The notes beneath the pieces were generated by a model, which worked only from the letters and a program-made list of their open reading frames with translations, was not told the DNA's origin and searched no databases. Shown here in pieces: positions 28,905 through 37,323 of a stretch of DNA of 64,000 nt. Source of the stretch: an uncultured Anaerolineaceae bacterium (GTDB taxonomy: Bacteria; Chloroflexota; Anaerolineae; Anaerolineales; UBA4823); assembly GCA_964606085.1 (NCBI GenBank), contig CAZSFD010000005.1, forward strand, positions 19,812 to 83,811, given 5' to 3'. How positions within the stretch are numbered: position 1 is the stretch's first letter; each line of letters starts with the position of its first letter. The position numbers and the translations under genes are program-made.

Positions 28905-29279
28905 ATGAAAACGTTTTTACTGATTTCGCTGGGCGCGATGGTGGGCGCCAATTGTCGTTATTGGTTGGGGGCCTGGGCCGTGCAGCAATGGGGTGTGCGG
29001 TTTCCCCTGGGCACCCTGCTGATCAACTTGAGTGGGAGCTTTGTATTGGGCTTCTTGATGGCGGTCTTTTTGGATCGGATGATCGCCGAGCCGCGCTGGC
29101 GGGTTTTGTTGGTGGTGGGATTCTTAGGTTCGTACACCACATTTTCATCATACGCCTATGAAAGCGTTGCGCTCATGCTGAATGGACAGTGGTGGCCGGG
29201 CCTGTTGAATTTGTTTGGCAGCAGTTTTTTGGGTGGGCTGGCCGTGTTATTGGGAATGGGGCTGGGCAAGTTGTTCTGA
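28905..29279 (+). CDS. crcB: Fluoride efflux channel Fluc/CrcB
   Basis: GAMVGANCRY, FPLGTLLINLSG, GFLGSYTTFSS; 124 aa. Confidence 0.95.
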   Translation: MKTFLLISLGAMVGANCRYWLGAWAVQQWGVRFPLGTLLINLSGSFVLGFLMAVFLDRMIAEPRWRVLLVVGFLGSYTTFSSYAYESVALMLNGQWWPGLLNLFGSSFLGGLAVLLGMGLGKLF

Positions 29280-29282
29280 AAG

Positions 29283-30197
29283 CTACTGCCCGAAGACTTC
29301 TTGCAAAACCGGGTTGATCAATTCCCAACGCGGCAGCAGCACCGATGCGCCGCCGGCGGTGGTGAAGGGGGTGATCATCTCGCGGGTGATCGAGCGCCCG
29401 TCTATGCCCTCCGGCCCAACGCGCAGCAGCGCCAGGCCCAGGCGCGGCCAGGCCCAACCGGGGATGTCGCTGTCTAAGGCCTGACCCAATGCGGCGAAGA
29501 AAGCGGGCAGATATGGCCAGGCGGCGGGGTTGAGCAGGCGGCTGATAAAGGCTTTCAAGAAGATGATCGCCCGTTCGTTGCGGAAGAGATCGTCGGAGCC
29601 GGCGCGGTCGCGCACGAAGGCGAGCGCTTGTGTGCCATCCAGGTGATGCGTGCCGGCCTGGTAGCCCGACATGGCGCGCGGCAGGGTAATATCCAGGCCA
29701 TCCACGGCATCTACCAGCCCGCTTAGCCCATCGAAGCGAATGCGCACGTAAAAATGCACGTCCACGCCAAAGTTCTGGCGCACGGTTTCCATCGCCGCGG
29801 CCGGGCCGCTGCCGGCCTGCTCGGCCTCGGCGAAGAAGTGGGCGGTGTTGATGCGGTTCTCGCCAACCTGGGGGATGTTGACCCACAGGTCACGCGGAAT
29901 GGTCAACATGCCCACGTAAGGGCGCAACGGCTGGAAGGTGGTCAGGATCATCGTGTCGGTGCGGCCCAGGACGCCTTCGCCGGGGCGGGCATCTACACCG
30001 AGCAGCAGCACATTCGTCCGGCCTGGCAGGAGCGCTGGCAGCCCGACCAGCAGGCACAGCACGATCAGCGCAATGACCCCGGCGGCCAGGCAGCCCGGTG
30101 GGATGCGGCGCTCTCGGGTGGGTTGAAGATTGTATGCGCGCCGGGGGTGATGCGGTTCTAATTCGATGCGTTGGAAGTTGGAGAGATCGGATGACAT
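29283..30197 (-). CDS. LCP (LytR-CpsA-Psr) family protein
   Basis: LLLGVDAR, RTDTMIL, LTIPRD, RINTA, ALAFVRDR; single TM; start 30197 directly after S41 stop. Confidence 0.88.
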   Translation of the reverse strand: MSSDLSNFQRIELEPHHPRRAYNLQPTRERRIPPGCLAAGVIALIVLCLLVGLPALLPGRTNVLLLGVDARPGEGVLGRTDTMILTTFQPLRPYVGMLTIPRDLWVNIPQVGENRINTAHFFAEAEQAGSGPAAAMETVRQNFGVDVHFYVRIRFDGLSGLVDAVDGLDITLPRAMSGYQAGTHHLDGTQALAFVRDRAGSDDLFRNERAIIFLKAFISRLLNPAAWPYLPAFFAALGQALDSDIPGWAWPRLGLALLRVGPEGIDGRSITREMITPFTTAGGASVLLPRWELINPVLQEVFGQ

Positions 30198-30198
30198 G

Positions 30199-31362
30199 TC
30201 AGGGAAATAAGCTGTGAATGGCGGCCTGGATTGCCGCATCGGGGGTTTGGCCGCTGGCGGCGGGGATGTCGGGCGTGAGGCCCTGGCCAGGGCGAGGCGC
30301 ATCCAGGCCGGGGATGCGCCATTCGGCGCTGGTCACGTGCAGGCTCGATTGGTCGGATAGCTCGTAGACGAGTTGGATGGTGTTTTTGCCGTAGCTGGCC
30401 TCGCCGATCAGTTGGGCGCGGCGGCGCGCTTGCAGCGCACCGGCCACGATCTCGGCGGCGCTGGCGGTGCCGCCATTGATCAGCACCACCAGGGGGATGT
30501 CGGCCAGTTCACCAGCCTGGTTGACTTTGTAGGTTTCTACACCTTGCCCGCGGTATTGCTCTTCAATCACGACGCCATCTGTGAGGAATAATTTGGCGAT
30601 GTCAATGCCCACATCCAACAGGCCGCCGCCGTTGTTGCGCAAATCGAGGGCCAGGGCGGTCGCTCCGCGCGATTGCAGGTGGCGTGCGGCATCGAGGATT
30701 TCGCGCACGGTGGTGGAGGCCATCACGTTGACCTCGATCACGCCCAGCCGGGGTTCGTCGGCGTCGAGGTGGTAGGTGGTGGATGGCAGAGCGACTTCTT
30801 CCCGCGAAATTGTATAAGCAATGGGGGCATAATCGGGGGGTCGCCCGATGGTAATGCGCACGTTCTGGCCGACCGGGCCGCGCACGGCCGCCGTGAGCGT
30901 GTCGAGCGGCGTTTGCGGTGTGATCGGCAGATCGTCTACCGCCAGCAGGCGATCAGCGTCTTGAAGGCCGGCCTTTTTCGCCGGGCCATCAGGAAAGGGG
31001 TACAGCACGTAATGGCCTGCTGAGTCGTTGCCCAGGCGCACCCCAATGCCGCCGAACTTGCCCGAAATGGTGTTGTTTTCCAGTTCGGCCTGTGGGGGTT
31101 CGAGGAAACTGGTGTGCGGGTCGTTGGCGGCGCTGCCATAGGCCTGGATCAGCCCGCGGATTGCGCCGTATTCGAGCGCTGAATCGGCGGGCAGGGGGTA
31201 GTAGGCCTGGTCACGCAACAGTTGGTAGGCTTCGTCAAAAATGGGGAAAGCGGCATATTGGCGTATTTGCCACTCGCGCAGCGCATAGCCACTAAAGAAA
31301 GCGGCCAGAATGATGATGGAAAGGGCAAAGGTGAGCAGGAAGGAGCGTTTGAAGGCGGACAT
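30199..31362 (-). CDS. S41 C-terminal processing peptidase (CtpA-like) with PDZ domain
   Basis: FGGIGVRL, LDLRNNGGG, TASAAEIVAG (Ser), SYGKNTIQ (Lys); N-terminal TM; likely start 31362. Confidence 0.9.
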   Translation of the reverse strand: MSAFKRSFLLTFALSIIILAAFFSGYALREWQIRQYAAFPIFDEAYQLLRDQAYYPLPADSALEYGAIRGLIQAYGSAANDPHTSFLEPPQAELENNTISGKFGGIGVRLGNDSAGHYVLYPFPDGPAKKAGLQDADRLLAVDDLPITPQTPLDTLTAAVRGPVGQNVRITIGRPPDYAPIAYTISREEVALPSTTYHLDADEPRLGVIEVNVMASTTVREILDAARHLQSRGATALALDLRNNGGGLLDVGIDIAKLFLTDGVVIEEQYRGQGVETYKVNQAGELADIPLVVLINGGTASAAEIVAGALQARRRAQLIGEASYGKNTIQLVYELSDQSSLHVTSAEWRIPGLDAPRPGQGLTPDIPAASGQTPDAAIQAAIHSLFP

Positions 31363-31384
31363 GGTGGGGATGGTTGAAGGTTGT

Positions 31385-31909
31385 TCAGGAGGGCAGGTTG
31401 GTGAGCCAGGTTTTGGTTTAGCGGGGAGATTGGAAGCGCAGGACATTCAGGTGGGTGTGTTCGGGCTGCTGTAACAGGATGGGGGTGTCGCGTTTGCGCC
31501 GCCAATAGGTTTTGAACAGCCACAGGATGATCGAATCTTTGCCAAAGGCGGCGGAGAGCGATTCGCGGTTGCCATTGCAGGCCAGTTCGCCGGTGATGAT
31601 GCGGCTGATCGTGCGCTTCATCAGGCGGTAAAACACCAGTGGCAAGGCATAATCGAGCCAGATCAGTGTGTCGGCGCGCGGCCAGAGCAGGTCGCGCACG
31701 ATGCGGTAGTTGCCGCTGATCGCCCAGGCCGGTTGCGCACTGGCCTGATCGGTCTTGGCGCGAAATTCTGCCAGCGGCACGGGCGTCCAGTTGGGGCCCC
31801 AGTGCAGGTCGTCCAGGTCAATGGCAGGGATGCGCAGGCGTTGGGCAAGCTGCCTGGCCAGGGTGGTTTTGCCGGAACCGGTGCAGCCGGTGACGATGAT
31901 GCGTTGCAT
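31385..31909 (-). CDS. Adenylate kinase-like / FlaR (topology modulation) P-loop protein; in-frame TAA at 31418-31420 truncates the C-terminus
   Basis: GCTGSGKTT Walker A, DLDDLHWGPNW, GNY, ADTLIWLD; frame continues after TAA as TKTWLTNLPS to TGA at 31385. Confidence 0.8.
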
Positions 31910-31924
31910 AGAAAGATTTTACCA
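31910..31924 (-). promoter_or_regulatory. Extended -10 promoter, probable leaderless transcript
   Basis: TG-G-TAAAAT then CTTTCT then ATG (31909); no SD. Confidence 0.55.
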
Positions 31925-31960
31925 GCCTCTCCGCTTTCGGCGGAAAATATCCGCTACCCT

Positions 31961-31989
31961 TTGACAAATAATCTTCAACGTGATACCAT
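31961..31989 (+). promoter_or_regulatory. Promoter of DeoR operon
   Basis: TTGACA-17 bp-TACCAT with TGn extension. Confidence 0.7.
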
Positions 31990-32049
31990 CTGGTCGTCAA
32001 AAATCAACAAACATTCAACAAAAATCTTCAATCTGCCATCTGCCCCCTC

Positions 32050-32826
32050 ATGCCCACCTTCGACCGCCGCCAGCAATTGATCAATCTCCTGCAAGCCCAG
32101 GCGGGTTTGCGCGTGCCGGAGATTGCTGAAGCGCTGGGTGTTTCGGAAGGCACGGTGCGCAACGATCTGAATGCCCTCGAAGCCGAGGGCGTTTTGGAGC
32201 GCGTGCATGGCGGGGCGCGGCTGCTGCAAGAGCTTTCTGCGTACACGCCAGCTTTTGCTGCCCGCCTGCAAACCCGACGCGAGGCCAAGCAAGCCATCGC
32301 CCAAAAAGCCGCCGAGTTCGTGCAAGATGGCGACTCGCTGCTGCTCGATGCCAGTTCGACCGTCTACGCTCTGTGCGCCCACCTGCGGCAGCGCAAGGGA
32401 TTGACGATCTTTACCAACGGCATCGAAACCGGGCGCGAACTGGTCAAAAACCCGGCCAATACGGTCATTTTGCTGGGCGGTACGCTGCGTTCAGATGGTA
32501 TGACGATCCATGTGCCGCTCGATGGCGAGATGTTGGCGGGGCTGCACTTCAAGACCGCCTTTGTCTCGTGCAGTGGGTTCAGCCTGGAAGCTGGCATGAC
32601 CGAAGTGGACATTCACGAGGCGCAGTTGAAACGCAAGATGATCACGCGGGCGGGCAAGGTCATTGCCCTGATCGATTCGTCCAAATTTGGGCAGGTAGAC
32701 CTGACCACCTTTGCCAACCTGAACCAGATTGACACTTTATTGACGGATAGCGACCTGGATGCCGATTGCCAGGCGCGGCTGCGCGAGGCAGGCATCCACT
32801 TCCTGGTGTGTGGGGCCGCATTGTGA
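32050..32826 (+). CDS. DeoR/GlpR-family regulator
   Basis: VSEGTVRNDLNALE, RVHGGA, LLLDASST, FTNG, LIDSSKFG. Confidence 0.95.
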   Translation: MPTFDRRQQLINLLQAQAGLRVPEIAEALGVSEGTVRNDLNALEAEGVLERVHGGARLLQELSAYTPAFAARLQTRREAKQAIAQKAAEFVQDGDSLLLDASSTVYALCAHLRQRKGLTIFTNGIETGRELVKNPANTVILLGGTLRSDGMTIHVPLDGEMLAGLHFKTAFVSCSGFSLEAGMTEVDIHEAQLKRKMITRAGKVIALIDSSKFGQVDLTTFANLNQIDTLLTDSDLDADCQARLREAGIHFLVCGAAL

Positions 32827-32846
32827 TTGTCACGGTCGCCTATTCT

Positions 32847-32896
32847 CACCGATTGAAATCGGTGTCTGGCGGTGTTAAACCCGCTTAAGCGGGTTT
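32847..32896. repeat. Two adjacent perfect palindromes
   Basis: CACCGATT-GA-AATCGGTG (32847-32864) and AAACCCGCTTAAGCGGGTTT (32877-32896). Confidence 0.85.
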
Positions 32897-32924
32897 GCTG
32901 CATTTGATGCACACGGAGTTGACC

Positions 32925-34172
32925 ATGAACATCCCTTTTTACCTCGGCGATAATGCCATTGACGAACTGATCAACTATTGTGAAGCGCACGACCGGCGCG
33001 ACTTCTTCCTGATCGCCGACCGCAACACCTATCCCATTCTCGGCCAGGAAGTGGAATTGGCCCTGCAGGCCCGCGGCTGGGACGTGAAAACGGTCATCTA
33101 TCAGCAGCATGAGGTGGTACCCAACGAAGTCTTCATCATGCAAGCGCTGGAGAAGGCAGATTGGGTCGAGCGCACTTTCCTGGCCGTGGGTTCGGGCGTG
33201 ATCACCGACATCACGCGCTTTGTCAGCCACCGCACGCGCCGCCCGTTCATCTCGCTGCCCACCGCCCCCTCGGTAGATGGCTTCACCTCGCCGAGTGCTT
33301 CGTTGGTGCTGGATCGCATCAAGAAGACCGTCATCGCGCAGCCGCCGGAGGCCATCTTCGCCCACCTGCCCACGCTGGTCGCCGCACCCCAGGCCATGAT
33401 CGCCGCCGGGTACGGCGACATCCTCGGCAAGGCCATTGCCCTGGCCGATTGGAAACTCGGTTCGCTGTTGTGGGATGAGCCTTACAGCGCCGAAATCGCC
33501 GCCCGTGTGCGCAACACGCTGGACACCTGCGTGGCTGCCACGGACGAAATTGGCGCAGCCACGCCCGAAGGCATCCGCAAATTGATGGATGCGCTGATCG
33601 ATTCGGGCCTGTGTATGCTCGATTTTGGCAACTCGCGCCCGGCAGCCGGGGCTGAACACTATATGTCCCATTTCCTCGAGATGAAATTCCTGGCCGAAGG
33701 ACGCCCCGCCGTGCTGCACGGGGCCAAAGTGGCGTTGTGTTCGCTCGCTGTGGCCGAACTCTACGACCGCCTGCGCCAACTGAGCCGCGCCGAGGCCGCC
33801 GAGCGCCTGCGCACCATCCCCCTGCCCGACCGCTCCGCCGATATTGAGCGCATCCGCCGCGTCTACGGGCCGATTGCCGACAGCCTGGTGATCGAGCAAG
33901 CGCCCTTCCTCAACCTGACTGCCCACGCCTATGCCACCCTTAAGGGCCGCGTCCTCGACAACTGGGATGACATTCAGGCGCTGGCCGCCGATGTTCCCTG
34001 CCCCGAAGAACTGGCCGATCTGCTCCAGCGTGCTGGCGGTTCCACCAACCCCGCCGATCTCACCCTCCAGCCCGGCGAACTCGAACAGGCCCTGCACCAC
34101 TCGCATCTCTTCCGCAACCGTTTCACCGTGTGCAAGCTGGGCCGCATGTTGGGCCTGGAAGCTGGTTTGTAG
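32925..34172 (+). CDS. sn-glycerol-1-phosphate dehydrogenase-like (AraM/EgsA family)
   Basis: GSGVITDITRF, PTAPSVDGFTS, GYGDILGK, GAEHYMSH, LHGAKV; GGAG RBS before 32925. Confidence 0.88.
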   Translation: MNIPFYLGDNAIDELINYCEAHDRRDFFLIADRNTYPILGQEVELALQARGWDVKTVIYQQHEVVPNEVFIMQALEKADWVERTFLAVGSGVITDITRFVSHRTRRPFISLPTAPSVDGFTSPSASLVLDRIKKTVIAQPPEAIFAHLPTLVAAPQAMIAAGYGDILGKAIALADWKLGSLLWDEPYSAEIAARVRNTLDTCVAATDEIGAATPEGIRKLMDALIDSGLCMLDFGNSRPAAGAEHYMSHFLEMKFLAEGRPAVLHGAKVALCSLAVAELYDRLRQLSRAEAAERLRTIPLPDRSADIERIRRVYGPIADSLVIEQAPFLNLTAHAYATLKGRVLDNWDDIQALAADVPCPEELADLLQRAGGSTNPADLTLQPGELEQALHHSHLFRNRFTVCKLGRMLGLEAGL

Positions 34173-34194
34173 GGCGGAATTAATTTCGCCCTAC
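34169..34194. repeat. GTAG-type REP-like palindrome
   Basis: GTAGGGCG-GAATTAATTT-CGCCCTAC; contains the TAG stop of the upstream gene. Confidence 0.7.
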
Positions 34195-34210
34195 AGAATT
34201 AGGAAAAAAC

Positions 34211-35035
34211 ATGACTGTCGAAGCACCCTATCCCGAATTGGACGAACTCTTAGAACTGGTCGGCGAGGCCGGGCGGCGCATCTCCGATATTGACGCCAGC
34301 GAAGGCTCGGCGGGCAATATCTCCGTTTACATGGAGTGGCCCATCGAACCGCGCCGGCGCTTTCCGCAGGTCGAGGATATTACCCTGCCTGTGGCCGTAC
34401 CCGCTCTGGCTGGCGGCACGCTGATCGTCAGCGGGTCAGGCCGGCGGCTGCGCGAGATTATCCGTGACCCGCTTGCCAACCTGGGGATGCTGGTCGTGGG
34501 TCCGGGCGGCAAAACCGGCAAGCTCTATACCTCGCCACGCCGCCTGTTCGCCCGCCTCACCAGTGAACTCAACTCGCACCTGGCCGTCCACGAAGACCAG
34601 ATCGGCCTGACCGCCACCAACTTCCACGCCATCATCCACGCCCAGCCGCCGCACCTGACCTACCTGAGCAACGTGCCGCGCTATCAGGATCAGGCCTACC
34701 TCAACACCCACTTGCTGCGTTGGCAGCCCGAATTGATTATCAACCTGCCCGAAGGCGTCGGCTATGTGCCTTTCCACATTCCCGGCTCCAACAATCTAAT
34801 GGAAGCCACCCTCGACAAGCTGCGCGCCTGCCGCGTGGTGCTGTGGGCCAAACACGGCGTGATGGCGCGTTCCGACACCTCCGTCAAGCGCGCCGCCGAC
34901 CGCATCGAATACGCCGAAACCGCCGCCCGCTACGAATACATGAACCTCGTCGCCGATGAAGTGGCCGTGGGGCTATCGAGTGAAGAGATTCGAGCGATTT
35001 GTGCGGCGTTTAATGTGAAGCAAACAATCTTTTGA
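34211..35035 (+). CDS. Class II aldolase, rhamnulose-1-phosphate aldolase-like
   Basis: EGSAGNISV, ELNSHL, IIHAQP, WQPEL, VLWAKHG. Confidence 0.8.
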   Translation: MTVEAPYPELDELLELVGEAGRRISDIDASEGSAGNISVYMEWPIEPRRRFPQVEDITLPVAVPALAGGTLIVSGSGRRLREIIRDPLANLGMLVVGPGGKTGKLYTSPRRLFARLTSELNSHLAVHEDQIGLTATNFHAIIHAQPPHLTYLSNVPRYQDQAYLNTHLLRWQPELIINLPEGVGYVPFHIPGSNNLMEATLDKLRACRVVLWAKHGVMARSDTSVKRAADRIEYAETAARYEYMNLVADEVAVGLSSEEIRAICAAFNVKQTIF

Positions 35036-35047
35036 GAAGTGTGCGTC

Positions 35048-35105
35048 AAACGTGAGGCGTGATACGTGAAGACCATCCACGTTTCACGTATCATGCCTCA
35101 CGTTT
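35048..35105. repeat. 23-bp inverted repeat built from CGTGAnn heptamers
   Basis: AAACGTGAGGCGTGATACGTGAA / TTCACGTATCATGCCTCACGTTT, one mismatch (G-U compatible). Confidence 0.85.
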
Positions 35106-35125
35106 CACCAATCACGGAGTTTCCC

Positions 35126-35842
35126 ATGTCCCTTCTCACCCAATACACCCACCAAGTCGAACAATTCGTCGCCGTCTGCCATCGCCTGGCCGATCATCTC
35201 TACGTCACCAGCGCCGGCGGCAACCTGGCCTGGAAGCTGGAACCCAACCTGTTACTGATCACCCCCACGCAGCTCAACAAAGGCTTCGTCACCCCTGATG
35301 ATGTGGTGTTCATTGACCTGAACGGCAAGACCGTCGAGGGCAAACGCCGCCCCACCGGCGAGACGCCCATGTATCTCAAGTTCTTCCACACCCGCCCCGA
35401 CATCGTCTCGGTCATTCACTGCCATGCCCCGCACGTCGGCGCGTTAGCCATCTCGAAGGCCAAAAACTGGCTGATGCGCCCGCTCTACCCCGAAACCACC
35501 ACCGAAGTCGGCCCCGTCCCCGTCGTCCCCTACGCCGAGCCGCTGACCGAAAAGCTGGCCCAGGCCTTCGAGCCATTCTTGCTCAAATACAACAGCTTTA
35601 TCATGGAAAATCATGGCCTGGTCACCCTTACCCGCGGCGGCATCTGGGATACGCTGATGACGGTAGAACTGCTCGAAGGCACGGCCCAATCGCTGCTGCT
35701 CGCCATGTCCGTCGGTGACGTGAAAGAAATCTCGCGCCAGGATGTGGCCGACCTCGACAACGTCATGCGCACGCGCTCGATCCCCTACGTGGGCCTGCCG
35801 GGCGTGAATGCGTCGTTGGAAGCACTGTATTTTGAAGGATAA
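35126..35842 (+). CDS. Class II aldolase/adducin family (FucA-like)
   Basis: SAGGNLAW, ITPT, GETPM, VIHCHAP, MENHG; GGAG RBS before 35126. Confidence 0.88.
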   Translation: MSLLTQYTHQVEQFVAVCHRLADHLYVTSAGGNLAWKLEPNLLLITPTQLNKGFVTPDDVVFIDLNGKTVEGKRRPTGETPMYLKFFHTRPDIVSVIHCHAPHVGALAISKAKNWLMRPLYPETTTEVGPVPVVPYAEPLTEKLAQAFEPFLLKYNSFIMENHGLVTLTRGGIWDTLMTVELLEGTAQSLLLAMSVGDVKEISRQDVADLDNVMRTRSIPYVGLPGVNASLEALYFEG

Positions 35843-35846
35843 TGGT

Positions 35847-35942
35847 GTTCGGCATTCGATAATTCGATAATTCGATATTCGCAATTCGAATACCGAATTA
35901 TCGAATACCGAATACCGAATACCGAATATCCAATACCGAATT
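35847..35942. repeat. Inverted array of 7-8 bp ATTCGnn / CGAATAC units
   Basis: (ATTCGATA)n left arm and (CGAATAC)n right arm. Confidence 0.85.
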
Positions 35943-35946
35943 ACCC

Positions 35947-37245
35947 ATGCTCCCCTTTCCCCCTTTCAACCTCCACTGTCACACCCACTTCTCCTTCAAC
36001 GCCAACGGCTATTCACCCACCGATTTGGTGAAAATGGCAAAGGAAAAGAACTGGTATGCCGTGGGCATCGTGGATTTCGACGTACTCGATGGCGTGGACG
36101 AGTTTCTCTCCGCCTGCGAGGCGTTGGAAATGCGCGGCATGGCTTCCCTCGAAACACGCGTCTACGTCCCCGAATTTGCCACGCGCGAGATCAACTCTCC
36201 TGGTGAGCCGGGCGTGTTCTACTTTATGGGAGTCGGTTTCACCCGAAGTGATCCTGCCCCCGAAGTGGCCGACACCCTCGCCGCCATGCGCCGCCGCGCC
36301 GCCGCCCGCAACCGCCAGATGATCGAGCGCCTCAACGCCCACCTGTCCCCGCTCACCGTAGACTATGACCGCGACGTGCTTTCGCTGACGCCCGCCGGCA
36401 ACGCCACCGAGCGGCACATGCTTAAAGCATATATCCAAAAAGCATATATCCAAAAAGCAGAAGAGCAATTTCAACCACAAAGTATACAAAGGAACACAAA
36501 GGAAAACTTCGTGCCCTTCGAGTCCTTTGTGGTTCGATTGAATGATTTTTGGGCTGAAAAACTGGGCTTGGCGGAAGATCAGATTGCCACGCAGATCGCG
36601 GACTACGCCAAATTCTCCAACACCGTGCGCGGCAAGTTGATGAAACGCGGCGGCGTTGGCTACATCCCGCCCACACCCGAAACCTTCCCCACCGTCGAGG
36701 AAGTCAGCCAGTTTGCCATCGCCTGCGGCGCCATCCCATGCGCCACCTGGCTGGATGGCACTTCTGCCGGCGAGCAAGCCGAAGCCGAATTGCTCGATCT
36801 GCTGATCTCAAAAGGCACGGCAGCGATCAACATCATCCCCGACCGCAACTGGAATATCGCCGACCTTGAACAGCGCAAGCTCAAAGTGCAGAAGCTCTAC
36901 GAGGTGGCGGCCCTGGCGCAACGCCTCGACCTGCCGATCATCGTCGGCACCGAGATGAACGCCCCCGGGCAAAAGCTGGTGGACGATTTCGAAGCCCCCG
37001 AACTGGCCCCCGTGCGCCAGGCCTTCCTCGACGGCGCTGATTTTCTCTACGGCCACACGGTCATGCAGCGCGCCCTCGGCATGGGGTATCAATCGGAGTG
37101 GGCCAAAACAAATCTCCCCACCCGCCGCCAACGCAACGATTTCTACACCCAACTGGGCCGCCGCTTGCAGCCAGGACAGGCTAGTCTCGAAAAATTGCGC
37201 TTTTTACAACCCATATCACCAACAGGAATGTTAGAAAACATCTAA
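35947..37245 (+). CDS. PHP-domain protein (putative phosphoesterase)
   Basis: LHCHTHFS, GIVDFD, GTEMN; carries an AT-rich in-frame insert. Confidence 0.72.
   Translation: MLPFPPFNLHCHTHFSFNANGYSPTDLVKMAKEKNWYAVGIVDFDVLDGVDEFLSACEALEMRGMASLETRVYVPEFATREINSPGEPGVFYFMGVGFTRSDPAPEVADTLAAMRRRAAARNRQMIERLNAHLSPLTVDYDRDVLSLTPAGNATERHMLKAYIQKAYIQKAEEQFQPQSIQRNTKENFVPFESFVVRLNDFWAEKLGLAEDQIATQIADYAKFSNTVRGKLMKRGGVGYIPPTPETFPTVEEVSQFAIACGAIPCATWLDGTSAGEQAEAELLDLLISKGTAAINIIPDRNWNIADLEQRKLKVQKLYEVAALAQRLDLPIIVGTEMNAPGQKLVDDFEAPELAPVRQAFLDGADFLYGHTVMQRALGMGYQSEWAKTNLPTRRQRNDFYTQLGRRLQPGQASLEKLRFLQPISPTGMLENI
36473..36534. mobile_element. 62-bp miniature palindromic element inserted in frame in the PHP gene
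   Basis: Terminal IR AACCACAAAG/CTTTGTGGTT; sister copy at 37244-37306. Confidence 0.7.
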
Positions 37246-37306
37246 CCACAAAGGACACACAGGATCACGAAGACTGTCCTTTGTGTTCCTTCGTGGCCTT
37301 TGTGGT
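37244..37306. mobile_element. Miniature palindromic element (ACCACAAAGG...CCTTTGTGGT) at the PHP stop codon
   Basis: Perfect 10-bp terminal IR, internal ACACAAAG/CTTTGTG-like units; similar length to the in-gene copy. Confidence 0.7.
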
Positions 37307-37323
37307 GAAATTTCGGAGAATCT

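Noticed and set aside
35847-35942. Repeat arrays as possible CRISPR
   Set aside because: Units are 7-8 bp with no unique spacers, and there are no cas genes
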